64,000 nt of DNA from an uncultured Planctomycetota bacterium. Lineage in GTDB: Bacteria > Planctomycetota > Phycisphaerae > Sedimentisphaerales > Anaerobacaceae. The stretch covers positions 163,400-227,399 of the forward strand of contig CAVVRJ010000016.1 in the NCBI GenBank assembly GCA_963750205.1, given 5' to 3'. The notes below the pieces were generated by a model, which saw only the letters and a program-made list of their open reading frames with translations, was not told the origin of the DNA and did not search any database. Position numbers and translations under genes: made by a program. Of this stretch, positions 51,834 to 64,000 are shown in pieces (within the stretch, counting starts at the first letter, position 1; every line of letters begins with the position of its first letter).

Positions 51834-54800
51834 CTACCAGCGGAAGAACCGATACGGATCGTCCCATTCCTGGGGCTGGTCGAGGTAGAGGCCATTCGAC
51901 CAACGCCTTTCCGGCTTCGCCGTGTCTACGGGCTGGTGGAAGCGGTCCAGCAGCGGCGTCGAGCCCGAGACGCCCAGATTCGCCAGCAGCCGCGAAACCA
52001 GGAAGGACACATGCCGGTGCGTCCGGCGGAGGTTGGACGTCGAGCCGTCGAACTGCCAGGGCGCAAGCTGGCAGAACACGACATTCGCTCCTTCCGCCTG
52101 GGCGAGGACGCCGTCCCCCACGACTTGGGCCCCCGCCGTGACCAGAGGCAATTGGCGCGGGTCGCGGTTGTGAACATCCGCCGGCCCGACCCCGGCCAGC
52201 GGCGAATCCATGCCCGAGGGCTCAAAGTAGGCCGCGATGTGCTCCGCTTTCTTCATGGTGACTTTGAAAGGCAGCCACGCATTCGTGTCCGCTTCGTCCA
52301 GTCCGAGGGTCAGGACGCTGCCGCCCGTTTTGATCCAGTCCGCGACCTGGGCCGCCAATTTCGGTCCGCCGCCCGGACCCACGATGAGGACTTGATGGGG
52401 CGACAGGCTCCCGCCTTCATAGGAACACAGAGATACGCCGGTGGATTCGAGATAGCTCTTGCCCGCAGGGTCGCCGACGTAGACGGCCTCGCGGCGTGGG
52501 GCCGGCTTCCAAGCCGATACGTACCGCAGGAGATTGCGGACCAGTGCATCCGCCGCTGGCTCCGCCTCGGTGCGTCCCGTCACGTCTATCTGGCAGAAGA
52601 GCATCATGCCTTTGCCTTCGCGGTACTCCAGGAGCGGGCTGTACTGGAGGGCAAAGCCGCCATCAAGGATCGGCAGGAAGTCGCCGCAGGCGGGCTTTTC
52701 GATCAGGACGGAGGCGACGTTGCCTTGGTTTCCGCAGCGCCATACCTGCGTAACCGGAATGTCACACCATTGAATAGTCGGCCCATAGCGTGGCCGCATC
52801 TCGTACTTCAGTCGTGGTGGCTGGATCGTCGCCGCGCCGCGCCAATCGTGCAGATGCTGGGCAGCGAGTCCCGCCACCAGAGGATGGTCCGGCACGCGGG
52901 CAAAGACCTGCCGCAGCCCATATTGCGCCACGCGGAAGCCGAACCGCTGTTCCAGAACCTCGGGTGTCTGCTCGAACATGATTACTTTCAGGCCGTCGCG
53001 CACCCGGCTGGATATCCGGCGCCGGCCCTCTGACCGACAAGGCGGCCTTGCCCACGATCAGAGTATCATAGGTGGACAAATCGGCGTCCGGCTCCACGGA
53101 TCGAGCCGGGACGCCGAGCTTACTCAGTAATGTGCCGGTCTCCCCTTTGGGGTCGAACAAGGCGATCTTTCCGGCCTGTCGGCACCGCCGCCGTCGGCAG
53201 CGGCAGGATATCAATGGGGAGACTGTCTGTCTGGGTCTCGCCGGTGCTGAATTGGAACTGGGCCTGGTAGCACATAGCTCCCGGGCGCCAGCGTGGTCGG
53301 CAGCTCGAAGCGCAGCCGAATGCGCTCCGCGTTGGCCGGTGGCGACAACCGCCGTGGCGTTGCCGGCCATCGCTTGTGGGAAGTTGCAGCGACCATTGGT
53401 GCAATCTGCACGACAGTCACGTCTCACGAGAGTTGTTGATGACGACAATCTGCTTCTCGACGATGTCGCCGGGGCGGAAGATGTGGTCCTTGCTGGTGAA
53501 GCGGGCGGGCTTGCCGGCGATGTAGGCCAACAGCGGCTGGTTGTTGCGGATCAGGGCTTGGGCGGCCTCGGTCGCGATCCAGTCGGAGACGTTGTAGGCC
53601 AGGTCCATCCGCTCGTACCGCTGATCGCTGTAGTCCGGACTGAATCCCGGCCGCTGCAAGGCGTCCCAATCCACCTTGAAGTTCCTGGCGGCGCCGGTCC
53701 ACGCCGGGACGCAGCTTCCAGTAGTGCCCGCACTCCCACGGCGAGATCGCGGACACGCCCCACGTGCGGAAGGCCCGCCAGTTGTCCGTGAGATACTTGG
53801 CGAAGACCGGGTAGCGCTCGTCGAACTGCGTGGAGCCCACCTGGACGGGATAGTCCCAGCGGTGCCAGACCCGGCCGGCCTGGAACTGTTTCGCCTCCCA
53901 GCGCAGGTCGGTCTTCTCCGCCTCGCTGATCTGGAAGGCCTTGTCGCCGAAGAACTGGGCGTTCCACTCGGCGATGCAGAACTCCCACGGCACGACGGCA
54001 CTGCCGAACTCGCGCTGGCCCTTGTACCAGCCGCGATACATCGTCCAGTCCCAGGTGAACGGGGCGCCATACTCGCACATGAACGCCGGCTTGACGCCCT
54101 ACCGTCGCCCAGTGCTCGAACCAGTCGGACAATTCCTGGATCGGGACGAAGTTCGGGTAGAAGTTGATCGGGTGCATCGAGCCGAGATTGCCCGAGGCGT
54201 GGTGATAGACGATCCGGCTGGGGTCCATGTGCTTCACGATCGCCTCGGCCCGCAAGGCGAGCTTCACGTTCCGCATGCCCCATTGGTCGCGGTCGTCGTG
54301 AATGCCGTCGATCATGTCCGGGTTCATGTCCTCGCTGTAGCCGCGTGGCGTTGTGGCTCATCGCGTACATCACGACGGAAGGATGGTTCTGGGCGGCGCG
54401 CACGTAGAATTCCGCATGGCGGGCATAGCCGTTATTGCGGTCGGCGTCGGCGGCTTGCCACTCGTAGTGACTGAAATGCGGCTGCGAGAACGAGACGAGC
54501 ATCCCTACGTCGTCCGCGGCCCGCAGAATCTCGGCAAAGCCCAGGTGCGAGCCCGGATCGCAGCCGTAGTTGTGGGTGTAGACAAAGTTGATGCCGATGC
54601 TCTTGAGACGCTTGAGGCTCTCGCGGGCGGCGTCGTAGGTGGAGAGCGCCGCGCTCACGCCGGCATTATCCACCGGCAGGGCACAAAGGAAGATGCGCGT
54701 GCCGTTGAGGTAGAAGTCCCGGCCGTCGATCCACAGCTCGCGGAACCCGAACCGGACCGGTCCAGGTAGTGTCGAGGGCGTCCTTGTGTCGCCGGCGTCC

Positions 54801-55765
54801 ACCAGCGAGACCTCCAGATCGAATTGGTTCTGGGGCGTGTGGATGTCCCAAAGCTGGTCGGGCATCCATTTCTCGGTCGTCGCGATGCGGCCTTCCTTAA
54901 GGTCGCTCGCCTGGAACGGCTTTGCTCGTGAATTCCTTGATCGTGCGGCCCGTCCTTCATGATCCGCGCGCGAAAGGCGTACTGTGCATCCGCTGCGAGT
55001 CCTTCAACCGCCGCATCGAGCGTGATCTCCTGCTTCCGCACCGAGGTGTCCACCCGCACGTCCGCGATGTGCGGCCCGGAGGGCGTGCTCACCAGGTAGA
55101 CGTCGCCGCACAGGCCCCGCCGGGCGACGGAGCCCTTCACTTCCCGGGCCGAGGCGCTATCGGTGTAGGAGAGCATGACGCCTTTGAGCGGCAGGGCCAC
55201 TACGAGCAGACTGAGCCGATAGGTGCCGCCCGGACGGCAGACCGACCGTGAGGTCCACCGCGCCGCCCGGAAACCGGGTTTCGCCCGCCTTGGCGCCGTC
55301 GAGGTACACGGCCGCGAAGGAATTCAGGTATTCCATGCTGAGCGCCACGCGACGGCCGGCCCAATCGGCGGGGATCGCGATCTGGCGCTCGTACCAGGCC
55401 GCCGTGATGCCGCCGAGCCGGCGGTCCTTCCAGCTCGGATGACGTGTAGAGCGTCTGGCAGTCTTTCTGCATATAGTCGCCGATGCCGGGCCAGCACGCC
55501 GGGACCTTGAAATAGCCCCAGTTCGCCGTGGGCGTCTGCTCCGCTTTGGCCTCCGCCGGCTGCCACCGCCAAAGTCCGTTGATGCAGATCCGCTCCCGGG
55601 TGGGCGTCGTCTCGTGGTACGCCTTGCCCAGGTCCCAAACCGCCTTCACACCCGCCGGCAAGTCCACCGCGGATGGCGGCGGCGTTTGGGCCTGCAGATT
55701 CGCAATTCCCGAGGTGCCGGTCGCCAGCGTGGCGACCACGGCGATGGATCAGCTTCTTCATATTA
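51834..55765 (-). pseudogene. very large secreted glycoside hydrolase (GH2-like jelly-roll + TIM-barrel architecture), >=7 apparent frameshifts
   Basis: Colinear minus-strand fragments 55324..55899 (MKKLIH...), 55200..55739 (signal peptide plus TANWGYFKVPACWPG), 54655..55200, 53417..54865 (ELWIDGRDFYLNGTRIFL...GINFVYTHNYG), 53551..54327, 53424..54080, 52762..53448 and 51834..53003. Confidence 0.4.
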
Positions 55766-56075
55766 TGGTGCTCCTTAAAGATCGCGACAACAGTATACAC
55801 TCCCTTCGCGCCTGCCGTAGAGCAAGACGGCGGCAGATATGCGGTATGGCAGGAATGTCGCCCCCTTGCTCCGGCAGACAAGAAAAAGCCTAGCGACACC
55901 TTCTCCAGGTTGAATTATCTGACCCTCGGGATATTAACCTCTGGAGCTTTTTTGGTATAATACGTGAAGGGTAAAGGAGTTCCCGGGTTTGCTCTGGGCA
56001 AGCCAGAGGGTGGAGGTGTGCCACCAGCGTCACGATCATGAGAATACGGGTGTCGGGTGTCTTTGAGAGGGTCTG

Positions 56076-59000
56076 ATGATGAGCCGATCGATCAAGAGTC
56101 TGATGGGCGTTCTCGTCGTACTGCTGGCGGCGCACAGCTGCCCGGGCAGAGCTGAAACTGGTAGCGAATTTCGATGGCATGACGGGCAATCCGGACGGCC
56201 AGGCCTGCAACGGCGTCCTGGGCGGTACCTTGGATACCGAGAGCGAAGCCACCGGCAACGCCTCCCTCCCCACGCAGGATGGAAGCGTCACCCTGAGTGT
56301 CATTGGTCATAGCTCCGGCACCCTGGCCCGCGCCATCGGGTTCAACGGCATCACCAACCCGATCGATAAGGGCGAGACGGGCATCGGGTTCTTCCGGTTC
56401 ATGATGCCTACGGGCGGCACGGTGCGTTCCCACATGGGCTTGATCGCCGATGCGACGACCAATCCCATCAACAGCACGAACACCGCGGACCCGAAGACGG
56501 TGGCGGCGGGATTCCGTCTTGTGGATAACGGGACTGGGTACGACCTGCTGACCACGGATGGCGCGACCACCCTTACTACCGGTTTGGCCCGCAGCCAATG
56601 GTACAACGTCTGGATCGTGGCGGACCATGCGGCCAAGACGTTCGACCTGTATGTCAGCAAGGCGGCGGGACCGGCGGGCGCGCCCACGCTGCCCACTGCG
56701 GCGGACCTTGTGAAAGGTGGCATACCGTTCGCAACGGCGGCGACAGGCTCCCTGAACGGCATGATCTTTGCCTGTCCCATCAGTCCCACGGGGTCCGGCC
56801 AAGCCACCCGCATCTACGTCGATGAAATCTGGTGGGATGGAGATCAGGGGCTGTCCAAACCGACCACGGCCAAAAATCCCGGTCCCGGCGACAAAACGCA
56901 GGACGTGGCCCAGGACGTGGTCTTAAGCTGGACACCAGGACTGACGGGGGCCAAGCATGACGTGTATTTCGGGGCTTCCCTGGACGACGTCAGCAACGCC
57001 GACAGAACCAAGCCGCTGGCCGTTTTGGCCGGTCAGGCCCAGGACGCCAACACGTTCGATCCGGCCGGCCTACTCGCGTTCGGCCAGACCTATTACTGGC
57101 GCGTCGACGAAGTCAACGCCGCGCCGAGCACCACGATTTTCAAGGGCAACGTCTGGTCCTTCACCGTCGAGCCGTATGCCTATCCGATCCAGAAGGTCAC
57201 GGCCACCGCGTCGAGCGCCAGCTGATGGAATGGGACCGGAGAAGACCATCGATGGCTCGGGTCTGAACGCCAGCGATCAGCATGCGACGGATCCGACGCA
57301 GATGTGGCTCAGCGCCACGGTGCGGCGCAGCCGGCGTGGATTCAGTACCAGTTTGACGCCAGTCTATAAGCTCGATCGACCTGCTGGTCTGGAATTCCAA
57401 CCAGTTGCTGGAGTCGGTCCTCGGCTTCGGGGCCAAGAGCGTGACGGTGGAGTACTCCACCGATGCCGCCACCTGGACGAAGCTGGGCGATTTTGAGTTT
57501 GCCCGGGCCTACAGGTGCCGCGACTTACACAGCCAACACCACGGTGGATTTCGCCGGCGCCAGTCGCCAAGTACGTCCGGCTGACGATCAACAGCAACTG
57601 GGGCGGCGTGCTGGCCCAATACGGCTTGAGCGAGGTGCGGTTCTACTATATTCCGGTTCTGCCGCGGGCGCCGCTCCCGGCGGTCGGCCCAGACGGGCGT
57701 CGCCCTCGATACCATGCTGAGCTGGCGGCCCGGTCGGGAGGCGGCCTCGCATCAGGTCTACTTCAGCACCGACAAGCAGGCGGTGGCCAATGGCACAGCC
57801 CCGCGTCAAGACGGTCAGCAGCGATAGCTTCAATCCCGGCCCGCTGAACCTGGGAACCACCTACTACTGGAAAGTCGCCGAGGTCAACAACGCCAAGACG
57901 CCCAACACCTGGACCGGCGACGTCTGGAGCTTCACCACGAAGGAATACCTCGTCGTGGAGGACTTCGAGAGCTATAACGACGATGACAACCGCATCTACG
58001 ACACCTGGATCGACGGCTACGAGCGACAGGCAGCAGCGGCTCGGCCGTCGGCTACCTGGCGGCCCCGTTCGCCGAGCAGAAGATCGTCCACGGCGGCAAA
58101 CAGTCGATGCCGTTGGAATACAACAACGTCAAGACGCCCTATCTACAGCGAAGCCAGCACGGACTTCACCCCCGTCCAGAACTGGACCGTGGATGGGGCC
58201 GACACGCTCTCGCTGTACGTGCACGGCCAGCCGGTCGGCTTCACGGAGACCTCTGGGGGTCATATGGTGATGAGCGGCACGGGCACGGACATCTACAACA
58301 CGGCGGACCAGGGCCGGTTCGTCTACAAGCAGCTTACCGGCGACGGCACGATCATCGCCCAGGTCGATAATCTCACCAACACCAACGCCTGGGCCAAAGC
58401 CGGCGTCATGATCCGCCAGAGCCTGGACGCGGGCTCGTCCTGGGCCTATTCGCTGGCCAGCACCGGCAACGGCGTGCACTTCCAGGCCCGGCTGCTCGCC
58501 GCTGGGGCCGCCACGAGCGACACGACCCTGACGCTGCCGACCTCGCAGACCACCGCTCCCGATCCCGGTGTGGGTCAAGCTCGAACGCAAGGGCAATCAG
58601 TTCAACGCCTACTACTCGACCGACGGGACTACTTGGACGCCGAATCCGTGGAACCCGCAGACGATTACGATGGGCGCCAACGTCTACATCGGCTTGGCCG
58701 TGACCAGTCACCAGTCCGGAGCGGTGACCGCAGGCGGAGTTCTCCTCCGTCGCCACCACAGGCACCGTCACCGGCGCCTGGCAGTCGGTCTCGCTGGGCA
58801 TTGCACAGCCCGCCGGCAACACGCCGGATACGCTCTATATCGCCGTACAGGACAGCAGCGGTCACAAGGCCACGGTGACCTATCCCGATTCGTCTATTCT
58901 CACGACGGACGATTGGACGCAGTGGAGCATTCCGCTGAGCAAGTTCACCGCGGCGGGCGTCAAGACCAGCAGCATCAAGAAGCTGAGCATCGGTATTGGC

Positions 59001-59081
59001 GACAAGACGAAATCCGCTCCAGGCGGCGCCGGCCTGATCTTCATCGACGACATCGCCTTCGGCCATCCGGCGGGGCAGTAA
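56076..59081 (+). pseudogene. large secreted multidomain protein (repeated beta-sandwich modules, discoidin-like and ConA/LamG-like domains), >=5 apparent frameshifts
   Basis: Signal peptide MMSRSIKSLMGVLVVLLAAHS. The module G(Q)TYYWRV/KV(D/A)EVNxA...VWSFT(V/T) occurs 3 times. F5/8-type-C-like segment NWGGVLAQYGLSEVRFYY. Lectin-like segment RFVYKQLTGDGTIIAQVDNLTNTNAWAKAGVMIRQSL. Fragments 56179..57225, 57790..58878 and 58568..59134. Confidence 0.4.
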
Positions 59082-59258
59082 TACGGACCGTGCTTAGGTC
59101 GTGTGCCCCGTTTGTCATCCTGAACGGAGCGTAGCGGAGTGAAGGATCTGGGCATCGAACGGGAGAAACCTCCCCTTCGGTGGCCGGATCCTTCGGCTTC
59201 GCCTCAGGATGACAGAGTGGAAAGTGCCGCACGAACTCCTGCGAATCCGTGGGAGAAT

Positions 59259-61529
59259 CTACTGAGCAGGCGCCAGTTCGAGGATTTCCTGGCCGTACAC
59301 CGACAGCGTCAGTTCCACGCCCGCAGATTGCAGTTGGCGGCCCGTGAACTCACCAAGCCGCCGCTCGCCGAAGCAGGCGGTCACGACGTACCGCCGCTCG
59401 GGCCGGACCCACGGAACGTTGATCGCCCGGCGTTCGGCGCCGCCGCTGCCGCGCACCACGACGACCGCGCCGCAGCCGTCGTCGTTCAGCTTGCCCCACC
59501 AATGCCAATCGTCGTCGTTCGGGGCGGGCACCCCGCTGAATTGAAAGTGGTGATAGATGTCCCAGGATCGATGCAAGCGGTTGACCAACGCAAAACGCTT
59601 CTGATAGTGCGCCAGGTGCTCATCGGAAAGCGTGCTCAGGTCGCCCGAGAAAACCAGCGGGGCGCCGAGCAGCCAACTGACGACCTGCCGATCCTGGACC
59701 TCCGGGGTCAGGCTGCCCTGGTGATCCTCCGTGGCCGCCCCGTAGAATTCGAGGCAATACAGCGGCAGGCCACGATGCGAGTAGAAGATCTGCCGGGCCT
59801 GGTAGCAGGCGGCGATCAATTCCGCCCGCAGCTTTTTCGGGTCCACGACGGGCGCGGGCTGGCCCGGCCGGGCACGCGGGGCGAGGCCGCGGCAGGCATT
59901 GGGCGAGACGTGATAGCGGGCCGCGTGCTTCAACGCAGCCAAGTCGCATGGGGCCCCGGGGGTATCCCAGTAAATCTCGTGGGTCATCTCGTTCATCACG
60001 CCGGGCGCGAGGGCCCGGAGACGGTCCTGAGCCTCCAGCAATCCCCGCAAACCGCGCAGAACCGACTCCTTCCTCGTGCGATTGGGATGACCTTCGGCCA
60101 GGTCGCCGTAGATGACGTTGCTGAAGTCCTGCTTGAAGTAGACGGCACCGTAACGCTCGTGCAGCCGGGCCAGGTCCTGGGCATAGAACTCGCGCCAGGG
60201 CGTGGTGAAGCTCATCGCGACGCCACCCAGCCGGGTGACCACAGGCAGCGAGCGAGCGTCGGGCATGGCTTTGCGGTCGGGCGAATTCGGATCGCGAAAG
60301 CAGGAAAGCCACAGCCCCAGCTTGAGACCACGAGAACGAACGTAATCCGCGGTGGCCGCGAAATCCGGAAATCGGGCCGGGTTCGGCTCCGTGCCGAGCC
60401 GGTCCCGCTGCCAGCCGTCGTCCATGAGGAATTGCACGAAACCCGGCCCGGGCCGCACGGTCGGCCTGTCGGCGGATCATCTTGTCGTTGAGGTCCGGAC
60501 CGAACGTGGCCCACGTCAGCCACTGCGGAGCATCACACGACAGCCGCGGGCCGATGATGCCGATGTGCTGCGATAAGAAGTCCTGGAAAGGACCTTCGAC
60601 GGTGCGGTCCAGGGGCGTCGAGCGGGCCGAGATCGTCTGCTCCACCGGGCCGCTGAAAGCATAGAGGAACACCGGCTCCGAGACGAATCGTTCGCCCGGT
60701 CCCAGCACCCACTCGAAGATCGCCGGGTGATAACCCGTGGCCCCGTGCCGGCGATCGTCCGCAGCCCCGAGGGGATCTCGCTGGCCACAATCACACCGAA
60801 AGCGCCGTCGGCCGAGGTGCAGCCGACCATGCTCGTCGGAACCCCATAGCCGTCGGGAGTCAGCGGCACGCGTTCGGAAACGCTCGGAGCCAGCGCAAAG
60901 TCATCGATCGTCAACTTCTCGATCTTGCGCCAAACACTGCCCTCATTGACAACCTCCACCCACTTGCGCACGACCGGCGCGCCGCGATAGACCTCATAGA
61001 TGACCGTGAGGCCCAGTCCGTCCAACGCACTCTCTCTTCGAGCACGCGCATGGACGGTCAACCGAGACACATCGGGAGCCGGCGTAGAGACTTCGGGCGT
61101 TGCGAGCAGGAAGGTATCCGCCCATTGACTGGCGCCCACGCGCATCGGCTCGACCCAGCGGGTCGTCTGGCCGAGGGCCGTGTCATCGTACGTGGCGGGA
61201 TCGTTATGGTGGCCCGGATAGGGATTGAAGGTCTTCACACTGTCGATGGTGCCACCTTCACCCGGCTCGAGCCCTTTCGGCTTGCCGTTCGGCTCGGCCC
61301 GCGTGACGGTGAAGCTTACTTCGGTGGCCGGCCCCGTCAGCAGATCATGTCCATCGACGTGCAGGTGCGTCGTGCTCAGATTCCCGTTCGTCAGATCGAT
61401 CATGCGCTCCAGGATTCCCGCCGAGACGCGTACCTGGTGATCGGAAACCTCGATCGGTTGAGCGGCACGGGTTCGAACCGGCAGGCACACCAGCAAAACC
61501 GAGACCAGTAAAAACAGCAGGCTCTTCAT
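59259..61529 (-). CDS. alpha-galactosidase-like glycoside hydrolase (clan GH-D, GH36-like), >=2 apparent frameshifts
   Basis: Signal peptide MKSLLFLLVSVLLVCLPVRTRA in ORF 60516..61598. Catalytic-domain signature FLMDDGWQ in ORF 59259..60458. An intermediate frame 59620..60708 bridges the two. Confidence 0.45.
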
Positions 61530-61680
61530 ACAGACCCCTTCGATGACGTTCCTTTGGATGAACACGGACATCGTATGGTCGCGACTTGTTTTGGGCAAGC
61601 ACTATGGTAGACTGGTGTACGATGTATCGCCCCCGAGGCAAGGGGCAGCACACGGTTTGTGACAGTCTGAGGAGACCTCC

Positions 61681-64000
61681 AATGAGAGTAAGACGATCCT
61701 GCAGTCTCGTGTCGGCGCTGTTGGTCTGCGCGGGGTTCGGTGGGGCAAGCCCTGCCCTGCACGCCCAGACCACCTCCGGCGGCCTCAATCTCGCCGTCGT
61801 GGCCAAGCCTTCCTGCTCCTACGTCTCCGGCGACACCACGCCGGCGGCCCTCAATGACGGCTACGATCCGCGCAGCTCGCGCGACAACCGCCGGGGGTCG
61901 TACGGCAACTGGCCCCGCAGAGGCACGCAATGGGTGCAGTACGATTGGAGCCAGTCCATCAGCACCAATAAGATCGACGTGTACTGGTGGGACGACCAGC
62001 AAGGTGTTCGTCTGCCCAAGGTCTCGCGTCTGCTCTATTGGAACGGCGACGCCTTCGTCCCCGTGACCAACGCCTCCGGGCTCGGCGTGGCGGGTAACCG
62101 CTACAACACTACGACCTTTGACGAGGTCCAGACGGCCAAGCTCCGGCTGGAGATCGACGCCAACGATGCCTATTCGACCGGTATCCTCGAATGGAAGGTC
62201 TACGATTCCGGCAAGTCGCCCGACTTCCCCCCGATGGTCACGGCCGGCATCGACCGCGACACGGTGCTGGGAGGCAAGACCTATTTGTCCGGGACGATCA
62301 AGGCGCTCAAAGGCGACGCCGGAACGGTGACTTGGAGCAAGGCCTCCGGGCCCGGCACAGTCACGTTTGAGGACGCCAAAGCGGCAGTCACGACGGCCAC
62401 GTTTTCCGAGAAGGGCACGTACGTCCTGCAATTGACAGCAGAGAAGAACTCTGGTGGGGCAAGCGGGACCCCAAACGCGAACGATTCGCGTTTGGGAGCC
62501 CGACCCACCCTACGTGCCTCGTCCACGCTGCTCGTTAAAGTGGTCTCTCCGCCGCCGGCGGACCGCCTGGATGTGGTCTACACGAAGGAATACCAGATCG
62601 ACAGCCCCCTGTGGAATTCACGGGCCAAGGCCCTGATCGTCCACTGGATTCCCCATTGCATCGACCAGATCAACGACCCGAATCTCCGGCAAGGCCAGGG
62701 CGGGATCGACAACTTCATCGAAGCGGCCAAGGCCCTCCGCGGCGAGGCCCACGGGCGTCACAAGGGCTATGTCTTCTCCAACGCCTGGGTGCATCAGACG
62801 GTGGAGTCGATGTGCCTGGCGCTGATGGTCGATCCGCGCGGCGATCCGGAGATCATCAAGGCCCAGGAGAGGATGAAGGCCACTCTGGAGGACTGGATCC
62901 CCAAGATCCTGGCCGCCCAGGAACCCGACGGCTACCTCCAGACGGCATATACGCTCTCCGACCGCAATCGCTGGCCCCAGCGCTGGAACCCGCCGCAGCG
63001 AGGCAACCACGAGGGGTACGTCGCCGGCTACTTCATCGAGTCGGCCATCAATCATTACACGCTGACCAACGGCACGGACAAGCGCCTGTACAACGCCGCC
63101 AAGAAGCTGGCCGATTGCTGGGTCGCCAACCTCGGCCCGGGCAAGAAAGACTGGTACGACGGTCACCAGGAAATGGAGCAGGCCCTGGTGCGGTTCGGCC
63201 GATTCGTCAACGACATGGAAGGCCCGGGCAGCCACGGCGATAGTTACATCAAATTGGCCAAGTTCCTGCTCGACAGCCGCAAGGGCGGCAGCGAATACGA
63301 CCAGAGCCACGTCCCGGTCCAGCAACAGTACGAGGCCGTCGGGCACGCGGTCCGGGCCTCCTACACCTATTCGGGCATGGCCGACGTGGCTGCCGAGACG
63401 CACGATGTCGATTACCAGAGCGCCGTCATGAGCCTCTGGGACAACATGGTCAACAAGAAGTATTACGTCACGGGCGGCATCGGCAGCGGCGAGACCTCCG
63501 AAGGCTTCGGCCCCAATTACTCGCTGCGTCAGAGCGCCTACAACGAGTCCTGTTCGACCTGCGGCCTGATCTTCTTCCAATACAAAATGAACCTCGCCTA
63601 CCACGACGCCAAGTACGCGGACCTGTATGAGGAGTCGCTCTATAACGCCCTGCTCGGCTCGATCGATCTGGAAGGCAAGAACTTCTATTACGACAACCCG
63701 CTGGACTCGCGCGGCCCCCGCTATGACTGGCACGTTTGCCCGTGCTGCGTGGGCAACATCCCGCGCACGCTGCTGATGATCCCCACTTGGACCTACGTCA
63801 AGGGCAAGGACGGCCTCTACGTCAACCTGTTCATCGGCAGCACGATCAACGTGGAGAAGGTCGCGGGCACCAACGTCCAAATGGTGCAGCAGACCGATTA
63901 CCCCTGGAGCGGCAAGGTCGCCATTACTGTCAACCCCGAAAACGCCAAGCGGTTCTCGATTTACGTGCGCGTGCCCAACCGCACGACGAGCGAGTTGTAC
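61681..64000 (+). CDS. GH127 beta-L-arabinofuranosidase (DUF1680) with N-terminal discoidin-like domain; 3' end beyond window
   Basis: Not in the ORF track because there is no stop within the window; I translated it myself from ATG 61681. Signal peptide MRVRRSCSLVSALLVCAGFGGA. GH127 Cys cluster DWHVCPCCVGNIPRT. A roughly 60-nt palindromic repeat lies in frame at about 62455-62515. Confidence 0.7.
62455..62515. repeat. composite palindromic element inside the GH127 CDS, in frame
   Basis: The right half of the GTAGGGTGGGGC...GGTGGGGCAAGC...CCACCCTAC family carries an embedded copy 4 of the CCCAAACGCG family: ggtggggcaagcGGGACCCCAAACGCGaacgattCGCGTTTGGGAGCCCGacccaccctac. It encodes SGGASGTPNANDSRLGARPT, which sits between the discoidin-like and GH127 domains. 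Confidence 0.65.

Overview
This is a 64-kb, high-G+C (about 65% by eye) bacterial chromosomal segment. Several features point to a Planctomycetota-like lineage: CotH/lamin-tail proteins, many secreted glycoside hydrolases, TAT-signal Gfo/Idh/MocA oxidoreductase, and ECF sigma/anti-sigma pair. Content in order: (1) frameshift-riddled CAZyme genes at both ends (carboxylesterase B, CE15-like esterase, GH16, GH27, GH36-like, GH127, two very large secreted hydrolase/lectin-like proteins); (2) an ECF sigma factor with a triple zf-HC2 anti-sigma factor and a pseudokinase-like ORF; (3) a sulfide-dependent homocysteine-biosynthesis trio (COG1900/DUF39, NIL-ferredoxin, UPF0280); (4) the conserved but functionally unknown DUF4129-DUF4350-MoxR-DUF58 / SpoIIM(DUF95)-RDD cluster; (5) a tightly translationally coupled six-gene Hyf/Ehr-type (group-4 [NiFe]-hydrogenase-related) membrane complex. 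The first gene of that operon is an HTH-PTS-EIIA(Ntr)-type regulator, and the catalytic 'large subunit' appears to lack the N-terminal Ni-ligating CxxC motif, which would make it Ehr-like; this is the most interesting system in the window. Further content: (6) a flotillin/NfeD pair; (7) a lower-GC island (about 39.9-47.8 kb) carrying GH27, an ABC-F ATPase, a TolB-like propeller and vapBC, punctuated by three copies of a ~120-nt repeat and ending in a 500-bp array of six ~19-nt direct repeats with no ORF; (8) ettA. I noticed at least five families of palindromic or REP-like repeats, one inserted in frame inside the GH127 CDS. No rRNA, tRNA or canonical CRISPR was recognised. Apparent single-base frameshifts are extremely frequent and are concentrated in long CAZyme genes. 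These may be indel sequencing errors (homopolymer type) or real pseudogenisation, and all coordinates of split genes are approximate.
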